Shown: piece after piece, positions 28,259-37,179 of the stretch | How the letters are laid out: each line of letters opens with the position of its first letter | How positions within the stretch are numbered: position 1 is the stretch's first letter | Notes under the pieces: model-generated | What the model saw: only the letters and a program-made list of their open reading frames with translations | The model's database searches: none | Told to the model about the DNA's origin: nothing | Translations under genes and position numbers: made by a program | Assembly: GCA_048941285.1 (NCBI GenBank) | Contig: JBHLNS010000020.1 | Coordinates: forward strand, 1-49,674 | Direction of reading: 5' to 3' | Origin: Promethearchaeota archaeon | GTDB taxonomy: Archaea; Asgardarchaeota; Lokiarchaeia; Sigyniarchaeales; SOKP01 | Length of the DNA stretch: 49,674 bases

Positions 28259-28479
28259 TATCTCGCAACTCCATTAATAGTTTTGGATAATATTGATATG
28301 CATATGATAAGAAAAACTTTGAGAAGCTCTTGATAATCATTTTTATTTTGATCAATTATATTATTCTGATATCACTGAAGTATTATAATTCTTTTTTTTT
28401 TCAATTTCGTAAATAGTATTAATCTGATAAAAGCAGAAACATTACTTATAAAAAGACACGATATAATTATCTGAGATTA

Positions 28480-29229
28480 ATGATTTGCGATGTTCTTATA
28501 ATTAAAGATGGATTACCATTATTATCTAAGAGTTTCTCTAGTTCAACTAACATTAAGAATATATTTTCGGAAGTAGATAACCTAATAATGGTATCTGGGT
28601 TCTTTTCTGCATTAAATTCCTTTTCTGATTCATTTGAAGATTTAGGAACGATAAGTGAGTTGAAATTAGAAAATAATAATTTGAAGCTTTCTTTTTTGAA
28701 AGATCAAAATGTTCCAGATTTGATTTACCTTGCTACTTATGATAAAAATTCAACCAATTTAGATGTTCAAAGATTTTTAAAAAAATTATCAGATTCTTTT
28801 TTGAAACAATTCAATATGGATCAAATTTTAAAGTGGAATGGAAGATTAAATAGTTTTAAATCATTTGATACTGCAATCGAACGTCTTATTGAAGAAGAGG
28901 ATGAAACTAATAAAGTTAAATATAATAATCAAATAGTTGATTGGATAAGAAGTTTTGAAAGCGAACCAAATGAAAGGCTAAAACAAACATCTGAAACAGA
29001 AATAATTGAGTCTTTTCCTGAATTTTATAATTATATCCCAATTTTCACAACCACAAAAAAAATCAATCCAAAATATTATCTAACAGGAGAAAGATCTTGT
29101 GATGTATATAATGAAATAGACGGAAAAAAATCAATCAACCAAATCTCTAACCGGTTAAATATTCAACAAAATCAAGTCTATAATGTTTGTAAAAATCTTA
29201 TTAAATTGGGCTTTATTTCACTGAATTAA
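28480..29229 (+). CDS. Longin-like domain protein with C-terminal winged helix
   Basis: VLIIKDGLPLLSKSF...MVSGFFSALNSFS longin-type N-terminus; IDGKKSINQISNRLN...CKNLIKLGFI winged helix. Confidence 0.75.
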   Translation: MICDVLIIKDGLPLLSKSFSSSTNIKNIFSEVDNLIMVSGFFSALNSFSDSFEDLGTISELKLENNNLKLSFLKDQNVPDLIYLATYDKNSTNLDVQRFLKKLSDSFLKQFNMDQILKWNGRLNSFKSFDTAIERLIEEEDETNKVKYNNQIVDWIRSFESEPNERLKQTSETEIIESFPEFYNYIPIFTTTKKINPKYYLTGERSCDVYNEIDGKKSINQISNRLNIQQNQVYNVCKNLIKLGFISLN

Positions 29230-29388
29230 TTTCTGATTTAAGCCCAGACATTTTTTTACTACATATTTTATTGTTATGTTTTGTTACGGGCTCAATCACA
29301 AATATTCCTTCCCTAGAATATTAATATTATTTCAATTTTATTACAATAGAGTAAAAAATCTTAATAGTACGCGTTTTGGTGTAAAGAA

Positions 29389-30294
29389 ATTTCAGCGTCC
29401 TCAATTAATCCTTCATCTTTAGATGCTCTTATAGAAGAGTTAAAAATAGCAACGGGCATGAAATTCGAACATTATCAACGAAAATTCCTTGAGAAAAGAA
29501 TCGATTTTAGGATGAAGAACCTAAATCTAAGTTATTATCAAGATTATATTAAATATATTCGTGACAATCCTGTTGAAATTAATTTTTTTCTAGATAAATT
29601 TACAATTAATTATACTTACTTTTTTAGAAATTATAATATATTTAAGAATTTCGAGATTTTTATCAAGTTTTATATCAATTATACGAATAGACCAATTCGT
29701 ATATGGTCAGCACCCTGCGCAACGGGAGATGAACCGTACTCTATTGCAATGATATTAGACCAAATGATGAAGCAGAATAAAGATTTTCCTTATTTTGAAA
29801 TAATCGCTTCAGATATTGATCCCACTGCTCTTAGAATAGCAAAGGAGGGGATTTATGGAGAATATCCAGTACATGAAATTCCAGAGGTCTATTTAAAAAC
29901 CTATTTTTCAAAAAAAGATACAGAACTTGGTCTGAAGTTCATATTATCAGAGGACATTAAAAATAAAGTCAAATTTATACAAGAAGATATTATTAAAGGT
30001 CATCAAAATAGAGGAAAATATGATATAATTTTTTGTCGTAATTTCTTTATCTATATAAATCAATTTGCTCGAGAAAAACTTCTACAAACTTTAGATTCAC
30101 GTCTTTATGATGGCGGTTTATTAGTCTTAGGAGGTTCAGAGGCACTTCCCCTTAAAAGTAGTAACTTTAAGTTAGTAAATATTCGAGATCGTTTTTATAT
30201 TAAAAATCTGGCATCTCAAAATATTGCATTTAAGAATTTTGTTCAAAAGCTATTTAATAGGGGTATAATTTCTAAAAATCAGATCTGCCTCTAA
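29389..30294 (+). CDS. cheR: CheR-type protein-glutamate O-methyltransferase (probable ATT start at 29389; ORF track starts at 29458)
   Basis: TINYTYFFRN, RIWSAPCATGDEPYSIAM, ASDID, DIIFCRN and LVLGGSE. The upstream in-frame segment LDALIEELKIATG matches CheR helix 1. Confidence 0.88.
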   Translation: MSASSINPSSLDALIEELKIATGMKFEHYQRKFLEKRIDFRMKNLNLSYYQDYIKYIRDNPVEINFFLDKFTINYTYFFRNYNIFKNFEIFIKFYINYTNRPIRIWSAPCATGDEPYSIAMILDQMMKQNKDFPYFEIIASDIDPTALRIAKEGIYGEYPVHEIPEVYLKTYFSKKDTELGLKFILSEDIKNKVKFIQEDIIKGHQNRGKYDIIFCRNFFIYINQFAREKLLQTLDSRLYDGGLLVLGGSEALPLKSSNFKLVNIRDRFYIKNLASQNIAFKNFVQKLFNRGIISKNQICL

Positions 30295-30613
30295 ACAAGG
30301 TTATCATTTCCTTTTCCCGCACACACTTGTAGATACTGGAGTGAATGATCCGCATAACAATTTATCGTTTCATGGAGCTAAAAGAGCAAATTTTAAAGGT
30401 TTAATTAAGGGAGGGACGAATCAATTCTTAGATTTTGATATGGTAGATGAAGAGAATATTGATGATGTAAAAAAGCAATTAAAAGTGTACCAAATAGATG
30501 TAGAAGCTGAAGATTTAGGAGAGTTGAGTGAAAGAGCAGTTATTTGCGATACAATAAATGATAACTTTTATGGTAAAAAGACTTGAGAGTTTGAGTTTTG
30601 GAAGATCAATTAG
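30281..30613 (+). pseudogene. cheD: Degenerate C-terminal half of cheD
   Basis: HGAKRANFKGLIKGGTNQF...ENIDDVKKQL...AEDLGELSER matches the CheD GA...GG..F...N...L...ED.GG..R pattern. The catalytic N-half is absent, there is an apparent frameshift near 30315 and an in-frame TGA at 30584. Confidence 0.7.
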
Positions 30614-30644
30614 TACTATAAAAAAATTGTAAAATTCAGATATC

Positions 30645-30959
30645 TTAATGGTGTTTTCTCTTTTGCTGTATTTTTTTTTTCCTACGTTCAGCATTTTGAA
30701 TTTCTTCTTCTAACGCATATAACTTTGAATCAGCTTTACCTTGTAGTTTAAATTGCCCCACAATTTTACTTTCATCTCTTTCACCAGTTTTTGATAATTT
30801 TTCGAATGATAATTCTATTGGTAAATCGTGTTTTAATGCTAGATTTATAAAATTAATAAAACCAATATGTTTACTAGGAGGTATACTTAATTTTAACAAT
30901 ACATCTTTATTTTTCTTTGTTCTAGTTTTCAAAATCAAGCGTAATTTCAAGAGTATCAA
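30645..30959 (-). CDS. Basic hypothetical protein
   Basis: 104 aa ORF with TTG start. Confidence 0.65.
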   Translation of the reverse strand: MILLKLRLILKTRTKKNKDVLLKLSIPPSKHIGFINFINLALKHDLPIELSFEKLSKTGERDESKIVGQFKLQGKADSKLYALEEEIQNAERRKKKIQQKRKHH

Positions 30960-31066
30960 ATCTCTTTATTGTTTAAATCATTTATTTATATGTTTCAAAA
31001 TAAAAAAACTATGTTATTTTATAAAGTGAAATATATTTTAATTTAACCTATAATACTATTTGAAAT

Positions 31067-31687
31067 ATGCCTTCAAAATTTAGACTTAGATATATTTTTA
31101 GACCACTAATCAATCAACTAGCAAAAGCTTTAATCAAAATAAGGATCACCCCAAATAAAGCGACAATCATTATGTTTTGTTTTTCAATAATAAGTTTTAT
31201 TACGTTAGTATATTTTCGAAATCTTCTTTTTTTTTCTATTTCAGTATTCATTACAGGAATTATGGATGGATGTGATGGAGCAATAGCTCGATTGAATAAC
31301 AAAACTACAAAATTTGGAGGTTTTTTTGATTCATTTATGGATCGAACTTCTGAATTTTTTATCTTTTTAGGTTTATATATTTACACCCAAGATCAATTAT
31401 TATGGAATTTTATAGATATGAATCTAATTATTTTAATATCCTTCTTGGCTTCCATTATGATTAGTTATACAAGAGCAAGAGCAGAAGTTTTTTTTAATGG
31501 AGATTTCGACATTGGACTTATGGCAAGATCAGAAAGGTTATTTTATATAGTGATAATATCCGTTGTCAGTTTTTTTTATGACTTATTTAATTTATTTTTA
31601 TTCATCTTTATGTGGTTGACTTTAGGGACATATCTATTTAGAATGATAAAAATATATTTTATTATAAAAAAAAAAGAAGCATTTTAA
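31067..31687 (+). CDS. CDP-alcohol phosphatidyltransferase (archaetidylinositol-phosphate synthase-like)
   Basis: ITPN, DGCDGAIAR...GGFFDSFMDR, SYTRARAE and GLMARSER. Confidence 0.9.
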   Translation: MPSKFRLRYIFRPLINQLAKALIKIRITPNKATIIMFCFSIISFITLVYFRNLLFFSISVFITGIMDGCDGAIARLNNKTTKFGGFFDSFMDRTSEFFIFLGLYIYTQDQLLWNFIDMNLIILISFLASIMISYTRARAEVFFNGDFDIGLMARSERLFYIVIISVVSFFYDLFNLFLFIFMWLTLGTYLFRMIKIYFIIKKKEAF

Positions 31688-31708
31688 CATAATTTTAAGA
31701 TCATTTTT

Positions 31709-32440
31709 TTATTTATTTTTTGGAAATTCTATTCTTAATCTGTCCCCATCTTTTAATTTAAGTTTATCTCTTAAAAAGGGGGCCGCTAAGACTTCAACAA
31801 TATTTTTCTTATGGTGTGTTCTTTTAATTTTTAAAATAGCAGCATTTACTTTGTTATCCTGATCATCTAAACGAGACACAATACATTTATAACAATCTAC
31901 AGCACCAAATGTCCGTTTTATTGGTCCTTCTTCTTTATCTTCTTCCTTTTCAAAGCCAACAATTCTTACAGGAATTCGATTTTTTAAATTCTCTTCTAAT
32001 AGTTCTTTATTAAGGTCACTTAATTGTAGATTTAATGTCCCATAATAAGGTGTAAATCCTAATTTTTCCTTAAATTGTTCATAATATTCTTTAATTCTAA
32101 CATAATATCCTCCTTCCCCCATTCCCTCAGTAACTTCTCCTACTATTAAAATATCTTCGAGGATTTGTTTCAAATCTTTATACATTAATAACATGACATC
32201 AGCACCTTTTTTTGTAATTCTAATAACTTGCTCCTTCCCCGAGATTTTTCTTTGAATCCAACCAATTTCTTCTAATTGATTAATCCTCCTGGAAGCTGTT
32301 TGTTGAGATAAATTGAGAATCTTGCTAAATTCAACACTGCTTATGTGAATAGCTTTCCGACTTCCAATAATTTGACAAAGATTATAAAGAGCAAACCAAT
32401 TTGCATAATTTTCTGAAGAAATACTATCTTTATCTTCCAT
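31709..32440 (-). CDS. ribK: CTP-dependent riboflavin kinase with N-terminal HTH (RbkR type)
   Basis: SQQTASRRI HTH; GMGEGGYY, LGFTPYYGTLN and RTHH...EVLAAPFLR..L.LKDGD. Confidence 0.93.
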   Translation of the reverse strand: MEDKDSISSENYANWFALYNLCQIIGSRKAIHISSVEFSKILNLSQQTASRRINQLEEIGWIQRKISGKEQVIRITKKGADVMLLMYKDLKQILEDILIVGEVTEGMGEGGYYVRIKEYYEQFKEKLGFTPYYGTLNLQLSDLNKELLEENLKNRIPVRIVGFEKEEDKEEGPIKRTFGAVDCYKCIVSRLDDQDNKVNAAILKIKRTHHKKNIVEVLAAPFLRDKLKLKDGDRLRIEFPKNK

Positions 32441-32441
32441 T

Positions 32442-32906
32442 CTATATATTTATCCTTTTGTTTTCCTTATTTTTTTTAATAATTTTTTTTTTTATTAAAC
32501 TTGAACTGTGTAATTCATATTTATCATAATAAGTCTCAAGCCTTCTAACCTCAATATGGTTTAATCCTTTTTCCAAAAGACCCTTTTTAAGTGTTTCTAT
32601 ACTATATTTTTGATCAGGTCCTAAAAGAATAATATCTGGGTTAATTTCCTCAACTGTCTTAAGAGTATCATTATCATTCCTGCCTAATCGAGCATCCTTC
32701 ACATTTTTTAAATTTTTCATTATTTCTAATCTTTGTTCTTGGGAAAGAATTGGCCTTTCACCTGAAAATAATTCACGATTTTTATCTGTAGCAACAACCA
32801 AATATACATCTCCTAGTTTTGAGGCCTCGTTAATAAGATAGATATGACCCGCATGAATAATATCGAATGTACCCGCAACTAATACTTTTTTTTTTTGACT
32901 GTTCAT
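32442..32906 (-). CDS. ribL: Archaeal FAD synthase (cytidylyltransferase family)
   Basis: GTFDIIHAGH, PDIILLGPDQ and HSSSLIK; directly upstream of ribK. Confidence 0.88.
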   Translation of the reverse strand: MNSQKKKVLVAGTFDIIHAGHIYLINEASKLGDVYLVVATDKNRELFSGERPILSQEQRLEIMKNLKNVKDARLGRNDNDTLKTVEEINPDIILLGPDQKYSIETLKKGLLEKGLNHIEVRRLETYYDKYELHSSSLIKKKIIKKNKENKRINI

Positions 32907-32947
32907 CTTTATTTCTCTAATATCAATTCAGATAAAATTATTTTGTT

Positions 32948-33580
32948 TTAGAGATTATTTTTAAAGCATTTCTTCAAATCATCCATTTGTATAGCTAAAG
33001 AGACATCTCCTCTAGTTTTTTCTATTAGAGTTCTAGCTACATCTATTTTATGTCGCAAATCCTGAGTGACTCCGGAAGGATAATCCAATGTAAACAGATA
33101 ATTGTAGATCTCATCCATATTTTCTAAAATGTAATTTAAATCTTCAACATGAGAATTTCTAATGTTATCTAAAGCATATCTTCGCAATTCTCCAATAACA
33201 TCAGCTAATCCTAGCAGAAAATTTAAAGGATCAATCTTTAATTCGATGGGTAATGGAATTTCTTCCTTGCTGATAATTGAATAAAATGTAAGGGATTCAG
33301 CAAATTCCTGTTCCGGAGCTTTCAAATACTTGAAGAAAATTCCAGGATTTTTGTTAACTAATCGTACTAATTCTTTATGTTTATTCTTAATAGTATTAGT
33401 TCTCTCATGAAAATTATCAAATTCTTTTCTATGAATGTTTTTTATAGCAATACTACAATCTCTAATTATATCTCGAGATATTCTCAAAATTTCTTCTCTG
33501 TCTTGGTACAATATCTCTAATAACTCATTTATATCTGAAAAAGCTTTTTTAAGATTCATAATAATAGAAATTAATTGCAA
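32948..33580 (-). CDS. Translin/Trax-family (C3PO-like) protein
   Basis: REEILRISRDI, QEFAES, LLGLADVIGELRR and LRHKIDVAR.LIEKT. Confidence 0.9.
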   Translation of the reverse strand: MQLISIIMNLKKAFSDINELLEILYQDREEILRISRDIIRDCSIAIKNIHRKEFDNFHERTNTIKNKHKELVRLVNKNPGIFFKYLKAPEQEFAESLTFYSIISKEEIPLPIELKIDPLNFLLGLADVIGELRRYALDNIRNSHVEDLNYILENMDEIYNYLFTLDYPSGVTQDLRHKIDVARTLIEKTRGDVSLAIQMDDLKKCFKNNL

Positions 33581-33684
33581 TAATAATTAATTTGAAATTA
33601 GAATATAATTATTTATCAAAAGTAAGAAAAATATTTAGAATTTATTATAATATACTGGTTAAAAGACTAAACTAATGATTTATC

Positions 33685-35745
33685 ATGAAAATCTTAATAA
33701 TTCACTCTCAAAATGTTGAAGTAGTTAAAAACAAAGAAGCTACTACCAATCCTCAGGAATTTGAAGAGAAATTTATAAAAATGGAGGGTCTAATTCTTGT
33801 TTGTTTTGTATCTGTTGAAGATCAAGACACATATGACACAAATTTAATAGCAAAACAAGGAGCTGATGAAATTGAATCAGCAATTCTACAAATTACTGGA
33901 TTTCCTGAAAAACTTCGAGAAAAAAATGAAGAGATAAGAGAGCATAATAGAAAGATAGAGAATGGTGAAATAAAGGGAAAGAAAAGAAAAATCTTAGAAC
34001 TCACTAAAAATATTAGTATGTATCAAGTTGATAAAGTATTAATATATCCATGGGCACACTTGAGTAAATTTCTAAGTAATGAACAAAATGCGATGGAAGT
34101 TTGCCCAAAAATAGCAAAAAATTTAGAAGAGCGGGGAATAGAAGCAAAATTTTCTCCATTTGGTTGGTATAAGTCATTTAAAATTGATTGTTTAGGCCAT
34201 GAGATGGCCGAAATGTACAGAGATGTAAAATTAGCTATAAAACCTGAAGAACAGGCTAAAAATTCAGTTTTTAAAATTCTTATGCCCTCCGGTAAAGAAA
34301 TCAATTTAGAGTTTAACGAAAAAGGTGAAGTATTATTACCTAAAGAAATAAAAGATCAAGATTTTCATTTATTTTTACAATCTGAATTAGGTTCAAGAAA
34401 AGTTGATAAAGTACTTGAACCTGTACATATAAAAATAATGAGAGAATTTGAATTAGCGGATTTTGATCCTAATACTGATGCTGGAAATTTAAGATGGTAT
34501 ACAAAAGGAGTCATCATGAAGAACCTAATAAAGAATTTTATAGAAGATAGATTAATAGATTTTGGAGCAATACTTATTGATACTCCAATTATGTATACAG
34601 TTAAAAAGAAAAAATTGACAGCACAAACTGCTCGATTTCCAGCAAGAAGTTACTGGCTCGAATCTGGAAATGATAGATATCTTTTAAGATACGCCAGTGA
34701 CTTTCTTTTATTTGATTTATTCTCTCAAATGAATTTAAAACCGTATTATCTTCCCTTAAGAGTATATGAATATGAACAGTATGACTTTCGAAGAGAACAG
34801 GAAGGCGAATTATCGGGTTTGAGACGATTACGTGGATTTATCATGCCAGATCTTCATACACTATGCAGAGATATAGAATCTTCCATTGATGAGTTCATAA
34901 AGCAATATGAAATGATTAAGGATCTTGAAAAAGACTTAGGAATTAAAACTTATGTCATTTTCAGAGTAACGAGAGAATTTTATGCTGAAAATAAGGATTG
35001 GATTATACGTTTAATAAAAACAGAAAAACATCCCGCATTATTAGAATTATGGGAACAGCGGTATTATTATTATATTTTAAAATTTGAACGAAATGTTTTA
35101 TCTAATCAAAACAAAAGTGCTACCTTAGCCACAAATCAAATTGATGTTGAAAGTTCGTTAGAATATATGATCGATAATGATGGTGTAAAAAGGGAGAAGT
35201 ACAATATATCTTTTATTGACGATGATGGTACTGTCAAATATCCAATTATACTTCATAATTCTCCAACTGGAGCAGTAGAGAGAATTTTATGGGGTTTAAT
35301 AGAATCTGCTATTCGATATAAGGATAAAATAGTCCCTGGATTCAAGACATGGTTATCTCCAATTCAAGTGAGAATTATAAGCGTCAGTGATGAGCAGAAC
35401 GAATATGCTGAAAAAATGCTCAACATCATTAATGGAGAAGAATTTAGAGCAGATTTCGACGATCGAGAAGAATCAGTTGGAAAGAAAATAAGACAATCTG
35501 AGATCGAATGGGTACCATACACAATAATAGTTGGGAAAAATGAACAACAGGATCAGACAATTTCTATTAGAAAGAGGTTAATTGGTAAGCCATTTGGCCC
35601 AAAAAAGCAAACATCAGAACAAATTAATAATATTAAACTAGAAAAATTTTTAGAAATGCTAGAAGATGACACAAGAAATTTCCCTAAATACAAACTGCCA
35701 ATACCTTTCAGAAGAATCTCAACTAGAATTTATTTTAGACATTAA
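33685..35745 (+). CDS. thrS: Threonine--tRNA ligase with archaeal N-terminal editing domain
   Basis: MKILIIHS, IYPWAHLS, PFGWYKSF and GH editing motifs; FRREQEGELSGLRRLRGFIMPDLH; DDREESVGKKIR. Confidence 0.96.
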   Translation: MKILIIHSQNVEVVKNKEATTNPQEFEEKFIKMEGLILVCFVSVEDQDTYDTNLIAKQGADEIESAILQITGFPEKLREKNEEIREHNRKIENGEIKGKKRKILELTKNISMYQVDKVLIYPWAHLSKFLSNEQNAMEVCPKIAKNLEERGIEAKFSPFGWYKSFKIDCLGHEMAEMYRDVKLAIKPEEQAKNSVFKILMPSGKEINLEFNEKGEVLLPKEIKDQDFHLFLQSELGSRKVDKVLEPVHIKIMREFELADFDPNTDAGNLRWYTKGVIMKNLIKNFIEDRLIDFGAILIDTPIMYTVKKKKLTAQTARFPARSYWLESGNDRYLLRYASDFLLFDLFSQMNLKPYYLPLRVYEYEQYDFRREQEGELSGLRRLRGFIMPDLHTLCRDIESSIDEFIKQYEMIKDLEKDLGIKTYVIFRVTREFYAENKDWIIRLIKTEKHPALLELWEQRYYYYILKFERNVLSNQNKSATLATNQIDVESSLEYMIDNDGVKREKYNISFIDDDGTVKYPIILHNSPTGAVERILWGLIESAIRYKDKIVPGFKTWLSPIQVRIISVSDEQNEYAEKMLNIINGEEFRADFDDREESVGKKIRQSEIEWVPYTIIVGKNEQQDQTISIRKRLIGKPFGPKKQTSEQINNIKLEKFLEMLEDDTRNFPKYKLPIPFRRISTRIYFRH

Positions 35746-35821
35746 AAGTACTCTTAAGTTCTATTAAAAAAATATTTATGCGATCTGTTATTTTAAGCCT
35801 AAAGAATCTTATTTTATCGTT

Positions 35822-36445
35822 ATGAAAGTTAAAGCAATAATTTTTGATTTAGGAGGAGTTATTATTGATTTGGATTTTTCTAACTTTTATAATCAAATAA
35901 TAATTCAATCTCCTTTAAATAAACCTCAAACTCCAATTATGTTAGAATTTTTTAGACAATCTGACATGTATCATCAAGGAGATATGACTGATGATGAGTT
36001 TTATCAACTTGCATGTGATCTCCTCCAAGTCTGTATGCTGAATCAATCAGATTTTTTTAATGCTTTTAATAGCATAATATCGGGATACAATCCTAAGGTA
36101 GTAGAAATAGTTAAAAAAATCAGAGAAACTAGTCACTATAAACTTATTGCTTTGTCCAATGTGAATTCTAGTCATTGGGATTATATCTTAAAAAAAGACT
36201 GGAAATTTATTAAATGGTTTGATGAGTTAATTTTATCTCATGAAACTCATTTGATCAAACCAAATCCTAAAATATTTGAATTTGCTATCAAAAAAGCAGG
36301 ATGTAAACCAAAACAAATTTTATACATCGATGATGGTTTGAATAATATACGTTCTGCAAAGGAAATGGGAATTTTTGGGATTAAATATACTAATTCAGAG
36401 GAATTGCTAGAACAGCTTAAGCAATTAAACATTTTTAAGGATTAG
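35822..36445 (+). CDS. HAD-family phosphatase (YihX-like)
   Basis: IFDLGGVI, LSN, KPNPKIF and YIDD...N...A...G. Confidence 0.9.
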   Translation: MKVKAIIFDLGGVIIDLDFSNFYNQIIIQSPLNKPQTPIMLEFFRQSDMYHQGDMTDDEFYQLACDLLQVCMLNQSDFFNAFNSIISGYNPKVVEIVKKIRETSHYKLIALSNVNSSHWDYILKKDWKFIKWFDELILSHETHLIKPNPKIFEFAIKKAGCKPKQILYIDDGLNNIRSAKEMGIFGIKYTNSEELLEQLKQLNIFKD

Positions 36446-36465
36446 TATATAAAGATTTACTTTAA

Positions 36466-36987
36466 TCAATTATTTATATCTTGTAGGCATGCTCTTGCTA
36501 TTTTCTCAAATGCAATTTCTACATTTTCTCCTGTTTTTGCTGATGTCTCCATATATTCACAATTTAATCTCTTTGCTAAATCTTCTGCTTCTTCTTGATC
36601 AACTTCTCTTTCTAAATCGACTTTATTACCTAAGAGTAACATTGGTATAGTTTTTTTTACCGTTTTCTTAATAGAACTCACCCACCCTGGAATTTTTAGA
36701 AGAGTTTGGCTTGATGATAAATCGAAAACACCCAGTGCAGCATTACTCCCTTTAAAATAAATAGTTCGGAGTTTATGAAATTGAGGTTGTCCACCTATAT
36801 CCCAGAGAAGAAGGCGGACATTTTTAGTATCGATTTCTACATCTTTAATAAGGAAATTGCTACCTATTGTTTTTTTAAGGTCATCACTAAAGTAGTCCTT
36901 AATATAACGTAATAAGAGAGATGTTTTACCCACTCCTCCAGGACCAAAGAGAGTTATTTTAAATTTATATTGGGAATCTGGACTCAT
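36466..36987 (-). CDS. Rab-like small GTPase (Ras superfamily)
   Basis: G1 GPGGVGKT, G2 TIG, G3 WDIGGQ, G4 NKVD and G5 ETSAK; no C-terminal CAAX or CC motif. Confidence 0.95.
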   Translation of the reverse strand: MSPDSQYKFKITLFGPGGVGKTSLLLRYIKDYFSDDLKKTIGSNFLIKDVEIDTKNVRLLLWDIGGQPQFHKLRTIYFKGSNAALGVFDLSSSQTLLKIPGWVSSIKKTVKKTIPMLLLGNKVDLEREVDQEEAEDLAKRLNCEYMETSAKTGENVEIAFEKIARACLQDINN

Positions 36988-37179
36988 CTTTAATTTCCTC
37001 GATTATAATTAATAATTTAGTTATCTATTGAAAGTTAATTAATAAATTTTTATTTCATATGAATTATCTTTAATTTTAATTAATTCATCGCTTATTATTA
37101 TCTTAATATCTTTTTAAGATATTTATATCTTTATAATATAGCCTTATTATTTTTTATTTTACTCTAAAACAGATCTTAT

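Noticed and set aside
30584-30586. In-frame TGA in the cheD remnant as possible selenocysteine
   Set aside because: The surrounding region is already frameshifted and truncated, the position is not catalytic, and I see no SECIS-like hairpin downstream. A TGG-to-TGA mutation is simpler.
30341-30586. 81 aa ORF as an independent gene
   Set aside because: CheD similarity extends upstream of its GTG and past its stop, so it is a pseudogene fragment.
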